Part shown: piece after piece, positions 1 to 9,190 of the stretch | Layout: each line of letters begins with the position of its first letter | Position numbering within the stretch: the stretch's first letter is position 1 | NCBI GenBank assembly: GCA_030648955.1 | Contig: JAUSHB010000013.1 | Location: forward strand, 76,675-140,674 | DNA from: a bacterium | GTDB taxonomy: Bacteria; Patescibacteriota; Minisyncoccia; Phycocordibacterales; JAUSHB01 | DNA length: 64,000 bases | Reading direction: 5' to 3' | Program-made: the position numbers and the translations under genes | Notes under the pieces: model-generated | Seen by the model: the letters and a program-made list of their open reading frames with translations, nothing else | Database searches by the model: none | What the model was told of the DNA's origin: nothing

Positions 1-101
1 TACTCCTCAAAGCATTTGCCTGCGCGCCGCCTGATCGCGAGCCTGTCTGCCGTGACTTCGGCACAGGCAGGCGCCATGGCTTAGGTAGGCGGATTATTTA
101 G
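1..101 (+). CDS. rnpA: 3' end of a gene, probably RNase P protein, with an in-frame palindromic insertion
   Basis: Frame from nt 3 reads LLKAFACAPPDREPVCRDFGTGRRHGLGRRII*. Identity inferred only from position upstream of yidD-yidC-jag. Confidence 0.45.
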   Translation, partial: LLKAFACAPPDREPVCRDFGTGRRHGLGRRII

Positions 102-147
102 AACACAACACACATCTCTTGTGTAATTGTGTTTATGAAAACACAAA

Positions 148-387
148 ATGAAGAGCGCACTCATTGCAATCATTAAGTTCTATCAAAAAACAATTTCCCC
201 CGATCAAGGATTTTTGCGTCGGATACAGGTCACGAGAACAGGAACATGTGTTTTTTACCCAACATGTTCGCAGTACACCATAGAAGCAATCGACAAATAT
301 GGAGTTTTGAGGGGGACCATTATGGGCGTGCGAAGAGTGCTTTGTTGTCATCCTTGGCAGAAAAATAACATAGACCCTCTTGTGTAA
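148..387 (+). CDS. yidD: Membrane protein insertion efficiency factor YidD
   Basis: YQKTISP...CVFYPTCSQY...AIDKYG...RVLCCHPW motif; upstream of yidC. Confidence 0.95.
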   Translation: MKSALIAIIKFYQKTISPDQGFLRRIQVTRTGTCVFYPTCSQYTIEAIDKYGVLRGTIMGVRRVLCCHPWQKNNIDPLV

Positions 388-395
388 CCGGCTTT

Positions 396-496
396 ACCCC
401 AACACCCATGGTGGTGTTAGGGCAAAATTTCGTCGCATTCAAATTTCTTAAAAAAATTTTAGTAGGAGTAAGGGACACCACTATGGGTGTGGGGGT
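396..496. repeat. MITE-like element with 22-bp terminal inverted repeats
   Basis: accccaacacccatggtggtgt (396-417) matches the reverse complement of 475-496 at 20/22. Confidence 0.65.
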
Positions 497-532
497 TTAC
501 AAGACGGTAGATAACGTACTAAAATACAAAGA

Positions 533-1294
533 ATGATCTCACAAACTTTTAACACAATCTTTTATCAACCACTGTATAATGGGTTGGTTTTTTTGATTTC
601 CCATGTTCCTGGTGCAGATGTGGGTATAGCGGTTGTGATCCTTACATTGCTTGTCAAAATCATTATTCTGCCTCTTTCTCACAAATCAGTCGCATCTCAG
701 GCAAAAATGAGAAGCATAGAGCCTGAAATAAAAAAAGTTAAAGAAAAACACAAAGACAAACAAGAGCAGGCGCGACAAGTCATGGACTTATATAAAAAGC
801 ACGGAGTAAATCCGTTCTCGGGGTGTTTTTTAATGCTGGTACAACTTCCCGTTATTTTTGCGCTCTATTGGGTGTTTTTTAAAGGACTTGCACACAACAT
901 AGACCAAAACTTACTATACTCTTTTGTTGCCGTTCCTGAGCAGATAAATATGCACTTTTTGGGGTTCATAGATATGGCCAAGAAAAACATATTCCTCGCG
1001 GCACTTGCAGGGATTTCTCAATATTTCCAAATGAAACTTTCCATGCCACCAATTCCTGTCGATATTGGTGAAAAAAAGAAAGGAGATATATCGTTTAAGG
1101 ATGAATTTGCCAAAAACATGAATGTGCAAATGAGATATATGTTGCCGGGGATTGTTTTCTTTGTCGCGTATTCCATTTCTTCAGCAGTTGCTCTTTATTG
1201 GCTCGTGAGCAACCTCTTCTCAATCGGCCACGAGCTTATTGTAAAAAGAAAAGCACTTCAAATTGTCCAGGAGGGAAAAGCAGTATCATTCTAA
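533..1294 (+). CDS. yidC: YidC/Oxa1 membrane protein insertase (short form)
   Basis: LYKKHGVNPFSGCF-LVQLPV and ALYWLVSNLFS motifs. Confidence 0.95.
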   Translation: MISQTFNTIFYQPLYNGLVFLISHVPGADVGIAVVILTLLVKIIILPLSHKSVASQAKMRSIEPEIKKVKEKHKDKQEQARQVMDLYKKHGVNPFSGCFLMLVQLPVIFALYWVFFKGLAHNIDQNLLYSFVAVPEQINMHFLGFIDMAKKNIFLAALAGISQYFQMKLSMPPIPVDIGEKKKGDISFKDEFAKNMNVQMRYMLPGIVFFVAYSISSAVALYWLVSNLFSIGHELIVKRKALQIVQEGKAVSF

Positions 1295-1582
1295 CGGAAT
1301 AATTTTTCTCAAATTACAGGGTTAGTTACATCTCAATTTCTCACACCTACAGCACTCGTGGGAATCCTCTGGTGTTTGTTTTCCCTTCCTACCACCTGCC
1401 TACCAACAGGCGGGCGGTAGACAGTTACTGCGGGACTGACCCATAGAAGTTGTTGTGGTTTTATCGCCAAATCACACTACATGTTTCTTCGGGGGTGCTT
1501 TCGCGAAATTTGGGCAATGGTTATGATTACAACTTCTGATGGGGTTGATAAAGACGCTTCTCACTGATATATTACACAGTGC

Positions 1583-2116
1583 ATGGACACCGAAGCTATA
1601 AAAAAAACCATCGAAGAAATGCTCTCTCTACTCGATGTATCATACGAGTTGACTGTTGTGAATGATGAAACTACAGGGACGGTTTGTTTTCAGATAAAAA
1701 CGGGAGACCCCCAGATTCTTATCGGGCGCGATGGGATGCATCTTGCGGCGTTAAGTCACGTCATAAAAAGAATTTCAGATAAGGCAACCCTGCCTGCGCC
1801 TGCCTGTGCGTATCCGCACGCAGACAGGCCGGGCGTAGCACTGCAGGCAGGCACCAACAGAAAAGAGCAAACCTCCTTCGTGATTGATGTAAACAATTAT
1901 CAAGGGAAAAAAACCGAAGAACTTAAAAGTATGGCTTCAATGCTTGCAGAGCGAGCACGATATTTTAAAAGTGACGTAGAAATGAACCCCATGTCTCCTT
2001 ATGAACGCATGATCATTCACTCTATTTTCTCCAATGTAAAAGATATTAAAACAGAGTCAGTGGGTGAAGGCAGGGGGCGGCACGTAGTAATTAAATATAT
2101 TGCCATTGAGGAATAA
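1583..2116 (+). CDS. jag: Jag/KhpB KH-R3H RNA-binding protein with a 21-aa palindrome-derived insertion
   Basis: LIGRDG KH motif and PMSPYERMIIH R3H motif; position after yidC. Confidence 0.9.
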   Translation: MDTEAIKKTIEEMLSLLDVSYELTVVNDETTGTVCFQIKTGDPQILIGRDGMHLAALSHVIKRISDKATLPAPACAYPHADRPGVALQAGTNRKEQTSFVIDVNNYQGKKTEELKSMASMLAERARYFKSDVEMNPMSPYERMIIHSIFSNVKDIKTESVGEGRGRHVVIKYIAIEE

Positions 2117-2120
2117 GATA

Positions 2121-2201
2121 AAGCTTCACCAGCTTCCTAGCTTCAAGAGCTTGAAGGGAGCAACCTTAAAAGCTAACGAAGCTTAAGAAGCTACTGAAGC
2201 T
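2121..2201. repeat. Inverted AGCTTC/GAAGCT micro-repeat array (period about 9 bp)
   Basis: AGCTTC units on the left and GAAGCT units on the right, between convergent genes. Confidence 0.8.
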
Positions 2202-3495
2202 CAGATCCTACTAACTTGAGACTCCATGGCGCGGAGTCTTTTTTATTGACGAACAAAAGAAATAATTCATCGGGGCTTAAAGAGAGTTTGGTCACATCAA
2301 TTGATTCACCGGCAACTTTTGTAGGATTAACAAGAATTGTCGTGATTCCCGTTGCGGTGTCGATCATCCACATATCATCGGAGAACGATACAACTCCTTG
2401 GTACCAAAGGTCAGGTAAACTTCCAGAAGGAGGTGTTTGCGGGACACCGCAATATAAAATTCCTTTTTTGTGCTTACTCCACACACATTTGTCAGGAAGT
2501 GTAGTAAGTGAAAGTTTAGTTTTCGTATCTTTTGTTACATTGTATACAAAAAGATTGATACCATTGTTGCTACTTTCCGAATAGAGAACTTCTTTTCCGT
2601 CCGGACTGGTAAGCGTGGTAAGGCCATTGATTCCCCCAAGAGCCTTGGATGTCTTTCCGGTTTGAGCATCAAGGAAGTACATATACCCAGGAACTTTTTG
2701 TGACGGCTTGGTGGTGAGTGTGATAAGCTTGTCGTTTGGCCAAAAGGATAACCATTCTTTAAGCGGGGAATCTAAAAGTTGCACCTGCTTTTTGCCATCA
2801 AATCCCACCGTGATTCCTACCGAAGAATCACCCGAAGGAAGAATGTAAAACATTCGGTCACCTTTTTCTTGTGATATAGCAACGTCACTAATCTTTTCTG
2901 GCAAAAATACACCATCAGATTCAACACGCTTCCCCTCTTCTGTTGTTGTGGCATTTTTTATATCACGTAGCACCATCGAATATGTTTGTACCGTGTCGTT
3001 ATTATCACCATTTAAATATCTAATTACTACCCCATTCCCTGAATTACCCCATAATGCCTCATAAATTTTTAGACGAGTCTCGTTTGAAATTCGCGTTTCT
3101 TTAAGGTCGAACATATTGGTTTCATAAATATGACCAAGACCGCGTTCTATGTAACGCACCACAACGTCTTGCGTTGTGGTGCCGACTATTTTTTTTGTAA
3201 ACGCGTAAACGCCTGCAACAGGGGAGTTGTGAAGTTTGTGTAGCAATGATATTTCCTGGTTACCTTCGCCAACGATTATTCCCCCACTTGCTTCTGGATT
3301 ATTTATAGGAACAACGGTGCGATTTTCTGCACCATTTCCGAATGGAAGAAACGTCCTTATCTTTTCTCCCATTACACCTCCACCATTACCACCGTACACA
3401 ACCCAACCCAATATACTGATTGCAACAACAACGATTGCAACAATCGCGATAATAATTATTTTTTTTGTTTTGTTATTAGTAGTTTCCATAGTCAA
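2191..3495 (-). CDS. Membrane-anchored protein with probable beta-propeller (TolB-like) domain
   Basis: N-terminal TM helix; SPDGKEVLY and LSPDE blade-like motifs; last gene of the T4SS-like operon. Confidence 0.65.
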   Translation of the reverse strand: MTMETTNNKTKKIIIIAIVAIVVVAISILGWVVYGGNGGGVMGEKIRTFLPFGNGAENRTVVPINNPEASGGIIVGEGNQEISLLHKLHNSPVAGVYAFTKKIVGTTTQDVVVRYIERGLGHIYETNMFDLKETRISNETRLKIYEALWGNSGNGVVIRYLNGDNNDTVQTYSMVLRDIKNATTTEEGKRVESDGVFLPEKISDVAISQEKGDRMFYILPSGDSSVGITVGFDGKKQVQLLDSPLKEWLSFWPNDKLITLTTKPSQKVPGYMYFLDAQTGKTSKALGGINGLTTLTSPDGKEVLYSESSNNGINLFVYNVTKDTKTKLSLTTLPDKCVWSKHKKGILYCGVPQTPPSGSLPDLWYQGVVSFSDDMWMIDTATGITTILVNPTKVAGESIDVTKLSLSPDELFLLFVNKKDSAPWSLKLVGSELQ

Positions 3496-3512
3496 TCTTT
3501 TTATGTCTCTTG

Positions 3513-3878
3513 TTAAACGAGACTTGGGTTAATGGTGTTGAGAATAAGCCACGAAAGAAGCGCAAGAAGAAGACCCATAATGGCATTAGTAATTTTGTCT
3601 TTCGCGTCACTTTTCCCCGAGGGTGACATGCCACTCCCTATGTATTGTATCCCGCCAATGACAATCATAAGCACCGCGAGTACCCCAGCAAGCCCAATAC
3701 CAGTTAGAAATACCGCACGCAAATAGGTGGACAGAGTCGGAGCACTACCTGCAGCAACGCCGGGAATTGATTCCAGGAGAGCATATGCAGAAACAATGCG
3801 TGCGCCAAATAGAAAGAGAAACGCACTCAAAAAACCAACAGATTTTTTTAGTATATTTTTTTGCTTAGTAAGATTCAT
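3513..3878 (-). CDS. TrbC/VirB2-like T4SS pilin
   Basis: Signal peptide then GGIQYIGS...AKDKITNAIMGLLLALLSWLILNTINP, a typical CPR pilin signature. Confidence 0.85.
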   Translation of the reverse strand: MNLTKQKNILKKSVGFLSAFLFLFGARIVSAYALLESIPGVAAGSAPTLSTYLRAVFLTGIGLAGVLAVLMIVIGGIQYIGSGMSPSGKSDAKDKITNAIMGLLLALLSWLILNTINPSLV

Positions 3879-3893
3879 AATACAGGAGAAGTG

Positions 3894-5069
3894 TTAAAAT
3901 AAAGATTCGGTTTTACTGTAGCGCATCATAAACGAGCGTGATGCGTTCTCAAAAATATTTTCTGAATTTTTTACTGAAAGATTAATCCTCGAAGAACCTT
4001 CTGATGGAGATTCTTTGCGAAGTATAATTGAAGATCCAGATTCATTGGCAATACTTTTTCCGTTCTGTGCCCATTGGTAGACAAGTTTTCCGGTATTTTT
4101 ATGTGTTTGTGAAAAAAAGAACGGTTCTCCTCGGAGTGCAATCTCATCATTTAAAAGAACGACTTCTTGGAGTAATGCATGATCGTACATAACGCCCAAA
4201 AGAGGGTTGTCTTCATAAAATTGCACTAAGGGTGAAAACGCTTTTATATAAAATCTCTTTTTTGAGCGAAGCGTATTGTTAAGACTCGAAACGTCCACGT
4301 CTATGGGGCGTTCAAAACCAATCCCATCTGGAGCTGGTGTATAGGCGTAAGATTTTCCATATCCCTGGTTAAGGATGGTTCCGTTTTGTGCTCGCCAAAT
4401 ATACACCAAGTTTTTTTCAGAAACAGTGTTCTTGTTGGTGTCAATAAAATTAGGCAAGGCCACAATTTTTATTTCGCTCTTGGGTGAAGGGAGTGCTTTT
4501 CCTCGATAAAACGGAGGAGTATAGGAAGAGGTTTCCCAATGCATCTCTAGTTCTATTGGTGTGACGGACACATTTTTTGATATAAAAAGACCTTCGTGCG
4601 TGCTTATGCTGATCGCGAGAGTGGTTCTGACTCCGGCGTTTTTTGTTCGAATTGTTTGTTTTATAACACCAAAGCCCGTTGCCAACGTTTTACCTCCTGA
4701 TTCCCATGTTATTTTTGCGCGCTGAAGGTCTGTTTGATAGCTGATAATCTCCACCGTGACATCTTCATTAGGACCAGGATATTCAGGCGTTATTTTTACT
4801 TCCACAGACTGAGATATTTGCGCATTAACAAGCTTTTTTTGCAGAAGAGCAATCTCTTCCTCGGTCGCACCGCGCACAATTGCTTCTTGGATTTGTTTTA
4901 CAATACTAGAAAGCTCCGCATTTGTTGTTTGCGCAGAACTCGCCCAAGGAACTGCAAGAAAAAACGTAATCAAAAATATCAAACCACCATATAGGGCGAC
5001 TCGCGCTGATACCATTTTCGTACCCGATATTCCAAAAAATCTCATCAACTTAATTATATTAGAAAACAA
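3894..5069 (-). CDS. Secreted Ig-like/beta-rich protein of the T4SS-like locus
   Basis: Signal/TM segment; YTPPFYRGKALP and LVYxW motifs. Confidence 0.6.
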   Translation of the reverse strand: MFSNIIKLMRFFGISGTKMVSARVALYGGLIFLITFFLAVPWASSAQTTNAELSSIVKQIQEAIVRGATEEEIALLQKKLVNAQISQSVEVKITPEYPGPNEDVTVEIISYQTDLQRAKITWESGGKTLATGFGVIKQTIRTKNAGVRTTLAISISTHEGLFISKNVSVTPIELEMHWETSSYTPPFYRGKALPSPKSEIKIVALPNFIDTNKNTVSEKNLVYIWRAQNGTILNQGYGKSYAYTPAPDGIGFERPIDVDVSSLNNTLRSKKRFYIKAFSPLVQFYEDNPLLGVMYDHALLQEVVLLNDEIALRGEPFFFSQTHKNTGKLVYQWAQNGKSIANESGSSIILRKESPSEGSSRINLSVKNSENIFENASRSFMMRYSKTESLF

Positions 5070-5106
5070 GTATTTATACCAACTATTCTGTGAACAACGG
5101 AAACCC

Positions 5107-6918
5107 CTATATTTTCCCTTCAGCGAATTTTAGGTCCTGTTTCGCTTTCTTGATCGCAAGGATTTGAGACGGGTCGGATGTAATGATCTGGTCTTCGGTG
5201 TAGGAAGCGATGATTTTGAGGGCTACACGCTTGAGTCCAGCGATAAATATGCCTTCTCCCACATCTGACTCAAGAAGGAGGTATTTTTCTTCCTCGGTCA
5301 AATTGAACGCTTTCTGGAGCGCGTCAATGGCTGTAGGTGATTGTTTGAGGAGAAGCTGAATCGATGAGTTGGTCATAATTGCCAAACCATATGGAGAGCG
5401 AAGGAAGTCCCCCACGTCCTGCGTGATGGTAGCAACCCCTAAATAGTACTTCCTTCCTCGTTTTACAAGACCAAAGAGAAATGACGCCGTGTCCTCCGAC
5501 TTCATCATCCACCACGCCTCATCGACAACCAAAAGCCTCTTGCGGAGGTTTTTACGGATAGAATTCCAGATGTGGTGGGTGATAATGTACATCGCCACAG
5601 GCTTCAATTCGTCTTCCATGTCTCGTACCGAAAACACAATGAATTTTTTATTGATATCTACGTTGGTAGGTTTATTAAGAAAACCCGACCACGTTCCCCG
5701 GGTATATTTGCTTAATTTTTGAACAAGCGATTCAGCACCTTTCATTCCAGAGAGAACCATTTCGAAGTCAGAAAGAAGCGGCGGTTCAATAGAACCGAAA
5801 TCGGAATCGGCGGTGATATCTTTGAGTGCGTATGTTTCTGTAATCGCGCGATCTACAATCGCATCTTCCTCGGGAGTTAGTCCTCCCAACATGATTCTGA
5901 AAAGTCCAACGAGGGTGATGATATTGGAACGTAATATGTCTGCAGGAGATTCATCCTCACGTGGAATCGGGAGATCAAATGGATTAATGGTGTGTTCCGA
6001 GGTGAGCGAAATATTAAAATATCGACCGCCTGTTGCCTCGGCGAGGAATTCATACTCCCGTTCCGGGTCTATTACAATAACATCGGCATCAAACATGAGA
6101 CTACGCAGTATCTCAAGTTTGGTCGCGTAAGATTTTCCTGAACCAGATTTTGCAAAAGTAACAGAGTTGTAGTTTTCAAGAGAAAATCTATCAAAGAGAA
6201 CGAGTGATGAATTGTGGCGATTGATGCCATACAATATTCCTCGATCGGAGGTGAGGTCAAATGAAACAAATGGAAATAAGCTTGAAAGCGGGGCAGAGTT
6301 TAATTTTGAGTGTACATTCAACTCGTCTTTGTTGATGGGGATTGTGCTGGTGAACCCTTCTTCCTGTTGAAACAATGCCGGGCGCACATAAATAAGACGG
6401 GATTCAAGAATAGAACGTACTTCCGATGCCGCCTTTTTGAGGTCATCATCATCATCACCTTGTATGGTGATATAAATTCCTACATCAAAAATCTTTTCCT
6501 GCGCCTGCTGGAGCTTGTCGCGCAAGCTTTCCAGGTCTTGATATGCGGTATCAAGCATCGGATCTCTCACAAACCCTTTTTCTTCACGGATATTAATTTG
6601 ACTTTGCACCTCCGCGACCTTTTTTTGGAATTTTTTGAGTATTTTTGCGGTTTCGATGGGGTGAATAAATATAGAAATATCAAAAATCTTGTCGAGGTTG
6701 ATGATCGGCGAAAACCAATTGGTCGACAAAAGGCGCGGATACGAAACAATAAAATATGTCCGCATCACTTTTTCCCCAAGATTGATTTCTTGAGGTCCGA
6801 CCTTGAGCGCCGATGGCGCAATGATATCGCGAAGCTCAAGCTCCCCCGTCTCGTAGAGCTCCGGAGGGAGTATGGGCATCAAATCTTTGCTTTCTTTTTT
6901 CTTATCAAAAAAACCCAT
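5107..6918 (-). CDS. virB4: VirB4/TraC-like T4SS ATPase
   Basis: Walker A AKSGSGKS, IDPEREY, Walker B VVDEAW, RKY...ITQ. Confidence 0.9.
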   Translation of the reverse strand: MGFFDKKKESKDLMPILPPELYETGELELRDIIAPSALKVGPQEINLGEKVMRTYFIVSYPRLLSTNWFSPIINLDKIFDISIFIHPIETAKILKKFQKKVAEVQSQINIREEKGFVRDPMLDTAYQDLESLRDKLQQAQEKIFDVGIYITIQGDDDDDLKKAASEVRSILESRLIYVRPALFQQEEGFTSTIPINKDELNVHSKLNSAPLSSLFPFVSFDLTSDRGILYGINRHNSSLVLFDRFSLENYNSVTFAKSGSGKSYATKLEILRSLMFDADVIVIDPEREYEFLAEATGGRYFNISLTSEHTINPFDLPIPREDESPADILRSNIITLVGLFRIMLGGLTPEEDAIVDRAITETYALKDITADSDFGSIEPPLLSDFEMVLSGMKGAESLVQKLSKYTRGTWSGFLNKPTNVDINKKFIVFSVRDMEDELKPVAMYIITHHIWNSIRKNLRKRLLVVDEAWWMMKSEDTASFLFGLVKRGRKYYLGVATITQDVGDFLRSPYGLAIMTNSSIQLLLKQSPTAIDALQKAFNLTEEEKYLLLESDVGEGIFIAGLKRVALKIIASYTEDQIITSDPSQILAIKKAKQDLKFAEGKI

Positions 6919-6978
6919 AACGTAAGTTTAAAATGCAAATATCAAAATTGAAAGTTACAGTTTAAAATTAAAAAATAA

Positions 6979-7350
6979 TCACCTTTTTCCTTTCATGGTT
7001 AATATACTTGAAGCAATTACATTTGATATTTCAGCCATTTCTTTTAAAAGCCACGCAAGATCGCCAGGATTTCCTTTGCCAGTATCTCTTAATAAAGCAA
7101 GCCACACCTTGGATTCGTTTGCTGATTTCAGAGAATGGGTGAAAAAGTTTATAAAATCCTTTTTGGAACTTGCCGAATTCGCCTCAACATAATTTGCCAA
7201 AACGCTTGTGCCACTCCTTAACAATTGTTTACCCATAATATCACACACAGAGTCTTTTGGTAATTTGTCAATGAATTTTATGAGCCTCAATACAAAAACA
7301 TATAATCTTTTTTTGAACTCAACTTTAAATTTTGCATTGTCACTTTTCAC
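6979..7350 (-). CDS. Four-helix bundle protein (23S rRNA IVP / bAvd-like family)
   Basis: QLLRSGTSVLANYVEA...SKKDF...SLKSANESKVWL. Confidence 0.9.
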   Translation of the reverse strand: MKSDNAKFKVEFKKRLYVFVLRLIKFIDKLPKDSVCDIMGKQLLRSGTSVLANYVEANSASSKKDFINFFTHSLKSANESKVWLALLRDTGKGNPGDLAWLLKEMAEISNVIASSILTMKGKR

Positions 7351-7413
7351 TTTGATTTTTCAACTTTTCATTCTCATCACCCTCTATGCTCTAGGATTTA
7401 CATTCTACGTTTC

Positions 7414-8079
7414 CTACTTCCCCTCTGCCTTCAATTTCTTATCCGTGTCTCCAGGGTTAAACATCTTGTAATAAAGTTCAATAAGCTCCTCTGTTCCCAA
7501 TGGAATCGCGCGAACACCCGTGCGGATAAGCCCTTGCTTCACCACATTCGCTCTTTGTTCGAGTTGTGAACGCGCTTCTTCGAAGTGGGCTATGTCATTT
7601 TCATTTTTTGTTCTCGTTGCGTCTTTATTTTTTTTCCCGCTAAAAAGTGAACCCAACATTCCACCCGAAGATGGATCGGATGCGATTGCTGCGGACGAAT
7701 AAGGCACAACCACAAAAAACGTTTTGGTCATAATATTGGTTGATTCGGTAAATGCGCGAATGAATGCGATGTATTCTTCAATCTGGATACGCATAAGATC
7801 ACTCAATTGATCTTTGAGGCGCGCTTCCAGTGTCGCCAGGTATGGCCGTATGTCGAGACGGCGAGATTGTATGAAAATTTGCGTGGAAAAATCAAGAGAG
7901 TTAAGAAAATTTTGAAACTGAAGCAAGATTGCCATTTGTTCATCCTCGGACTTCAATGCGAAATTGAGCGAAGACACCATTAATACCATTCGCATAGCGC
8001 CATCCTTAAGGATAACAACACCATCGCGGACTTCTTTGATGGGAACAAGATCTTGTGCTGGTTTTGATTTGACGGCCAT
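7414..8079 (-). CDS. TraC-like (VirB4 N-terminal-like) T4SS component
   Basis: VSSLNFALKSEDEQ...FLNSLDF..QI; lies between prgI-like and virB4. Confidence 0.75.
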   Translation of the reverse strand: MAVKSKPAQDLVPIKEVRDGVVILKDGAMRMVLMVSSLNFALKSEDEQMAILLQFQNFLNSLDFSTQIFIQSRRLDIRPYLATLEARLKDQLSDLMRIQIEEYIAFIRAFTESTNIMTKTFFVVVPYSSAAIASDPSSGGMLGSLFSGKKNKDATRTKNENDIAHFEEARSQLEQRANVVKQGLIRTGVRAIPLGTEELIELYYKMFNPGDTDKKLKAEGK

Positions 8080-8087
8080 TTTAATTT

Positions 8088-8258
8088 AGCTTCTTAGCTT
8101 CAATAGCTTCGCGAGCTTCTTGTAAGGGTTGGATTAATAAATCTTTTTATGGTGCAATTTTATACAGGGCACGGTCTTTCTGGTTCATTATAATATAGTT
8201 TCTCCTCAATTTGAAAGCTACTTGAAGCTATTGAAGCTTGGGAAGCTACTGAAGCTCT
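8088..8258. repeat. Inverted AGCTTC/GAAGCT array enclosing about 90 bp of non-coding or decayed sequence
   Basis: 4 AGCTTC units at 8088-8119 and 5 (G/A)AAGCT units at 8214-8256. Confidence 0.8.
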
Positions 8259-8277
8259 TAAATCGTCTCATCACGTT

Positions 8278-8739
8278 CTACATATCACGTCTTCCTGTTG
8301 TTGGCAGTTCGTGCTCGGTCACCGGCTCTTCTTTGTTTCCCGCAACATCAACGTTCCACGACAAGTTTTTAAGTTTTCCTTCGGTCACGGTAGGTATAGG
8401 CATTGAAAAACTAGAACTTTGCTGTACGGGAGGTTGTCCCGGGGTTATATTGGGGGGAACCTTTTTCCATGTGTAGAGGCGGGGGTGCATAAAATAACGC
8501 ACTCCCGATTGAAGTATCTCAATGAACGGCTTGCCGAATTTTTCACGTGGATAAAACGCAAGCGCAAGCGCAAATCCGACAACAATGGCAATTAAGGGCA
8601 ACGAAATATACAGAGGCATTTTTCTAAAGAGGATATAGGAAATCCCTCCTGCGCCGGCAAGATAGACGAATTGCTTGAGGGAGAGCGGACCCACAAGCTT
8701 GTCTTCCACTTCTATATATTGAGGTACTTGGAATTGCAC
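8278..8739 (-). CDS. PrgI-family protein
   Basis: MQFQVPQYIEVEDKLVGPLSLKQFVYL plus two TM helices. Confidence 0.88.
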   Translation of the reverse strand: MQFQVPQYIEVEDKLVGPLSLKQFVYLAGAGGISYILFRKMPLYISLPLIAIVVGFALALAFYPREKFGKPFIEILQSGVRYFMHPRLYTWKKVPPNITPGQPPVQQSSSFSMPIPTVTEGKLKNLSWNVDVAGNKEEPVTEHELPTTGRRDM

Positions 8740-8794
8740 GTTAGTCTTGTAACTTATAACTTGTAACCTGTAACATACCAGTATTTTAGCACAC

Positions 8795-9154
8795 TTATTT
8801 AAGCTTTGAGAGTATTCCCCACAGCATGGCGCCGATTTCTTCAGCCAATGCTAAAAGCTCGTCATACTCTTTTTTATTTATATAACCGCGTTTAAAAGAG
8901 AAATAGATCAGATACTTGCTCTCCTTGAGAGAACCATATGATATTTCTAGGAAATTTTTTAAAACCGCAGGTCTCTGTCGAGCATACCCCTCAATGTAAT
9001 TTAGAGCTACAGACAATGCAGACCTTCTTAATTGTGAGGTTACTCCAAAAATTTCTTCTTTCGGAAATGATTGCGTGCAGTCATACACTCTATGAGCATA
9101 CCTATCTACAAGCACCCTCAATTCTTTATGAAAATTCCCGCCATTTTCTTTCAT
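8795..9154 (-). CDS. Four-helix bundle protein (23S rRNA IVP-like)
   Basis: FPKEEIFGVTSQLRRSALSVALNYIEG...FLEISYGSLKE. Confidence 0.92.
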   Translation of the reverse strand: MKENGGNFHKELRVLVDRYAHRVYDCTQSFPKEEIFGVTSQLRRSALSVALNYIEGYARQRPAVLKNFLEISYGSLKESKYLIYFSFKRGYINKKEYDELLALAEEIGAMLWGILSKLK

Positions 9155-9190
9155 CAAGTTACAGGTTTTAGGTTGTGTGTTACAGGGTTG

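Noticed and set aside
6979-9157. Diversity-generating retroelement (Avd-like genes)
   Set aside because: No reverse transcriptase and no TR/VR pair with adenine-specific mismatches seen in the window.
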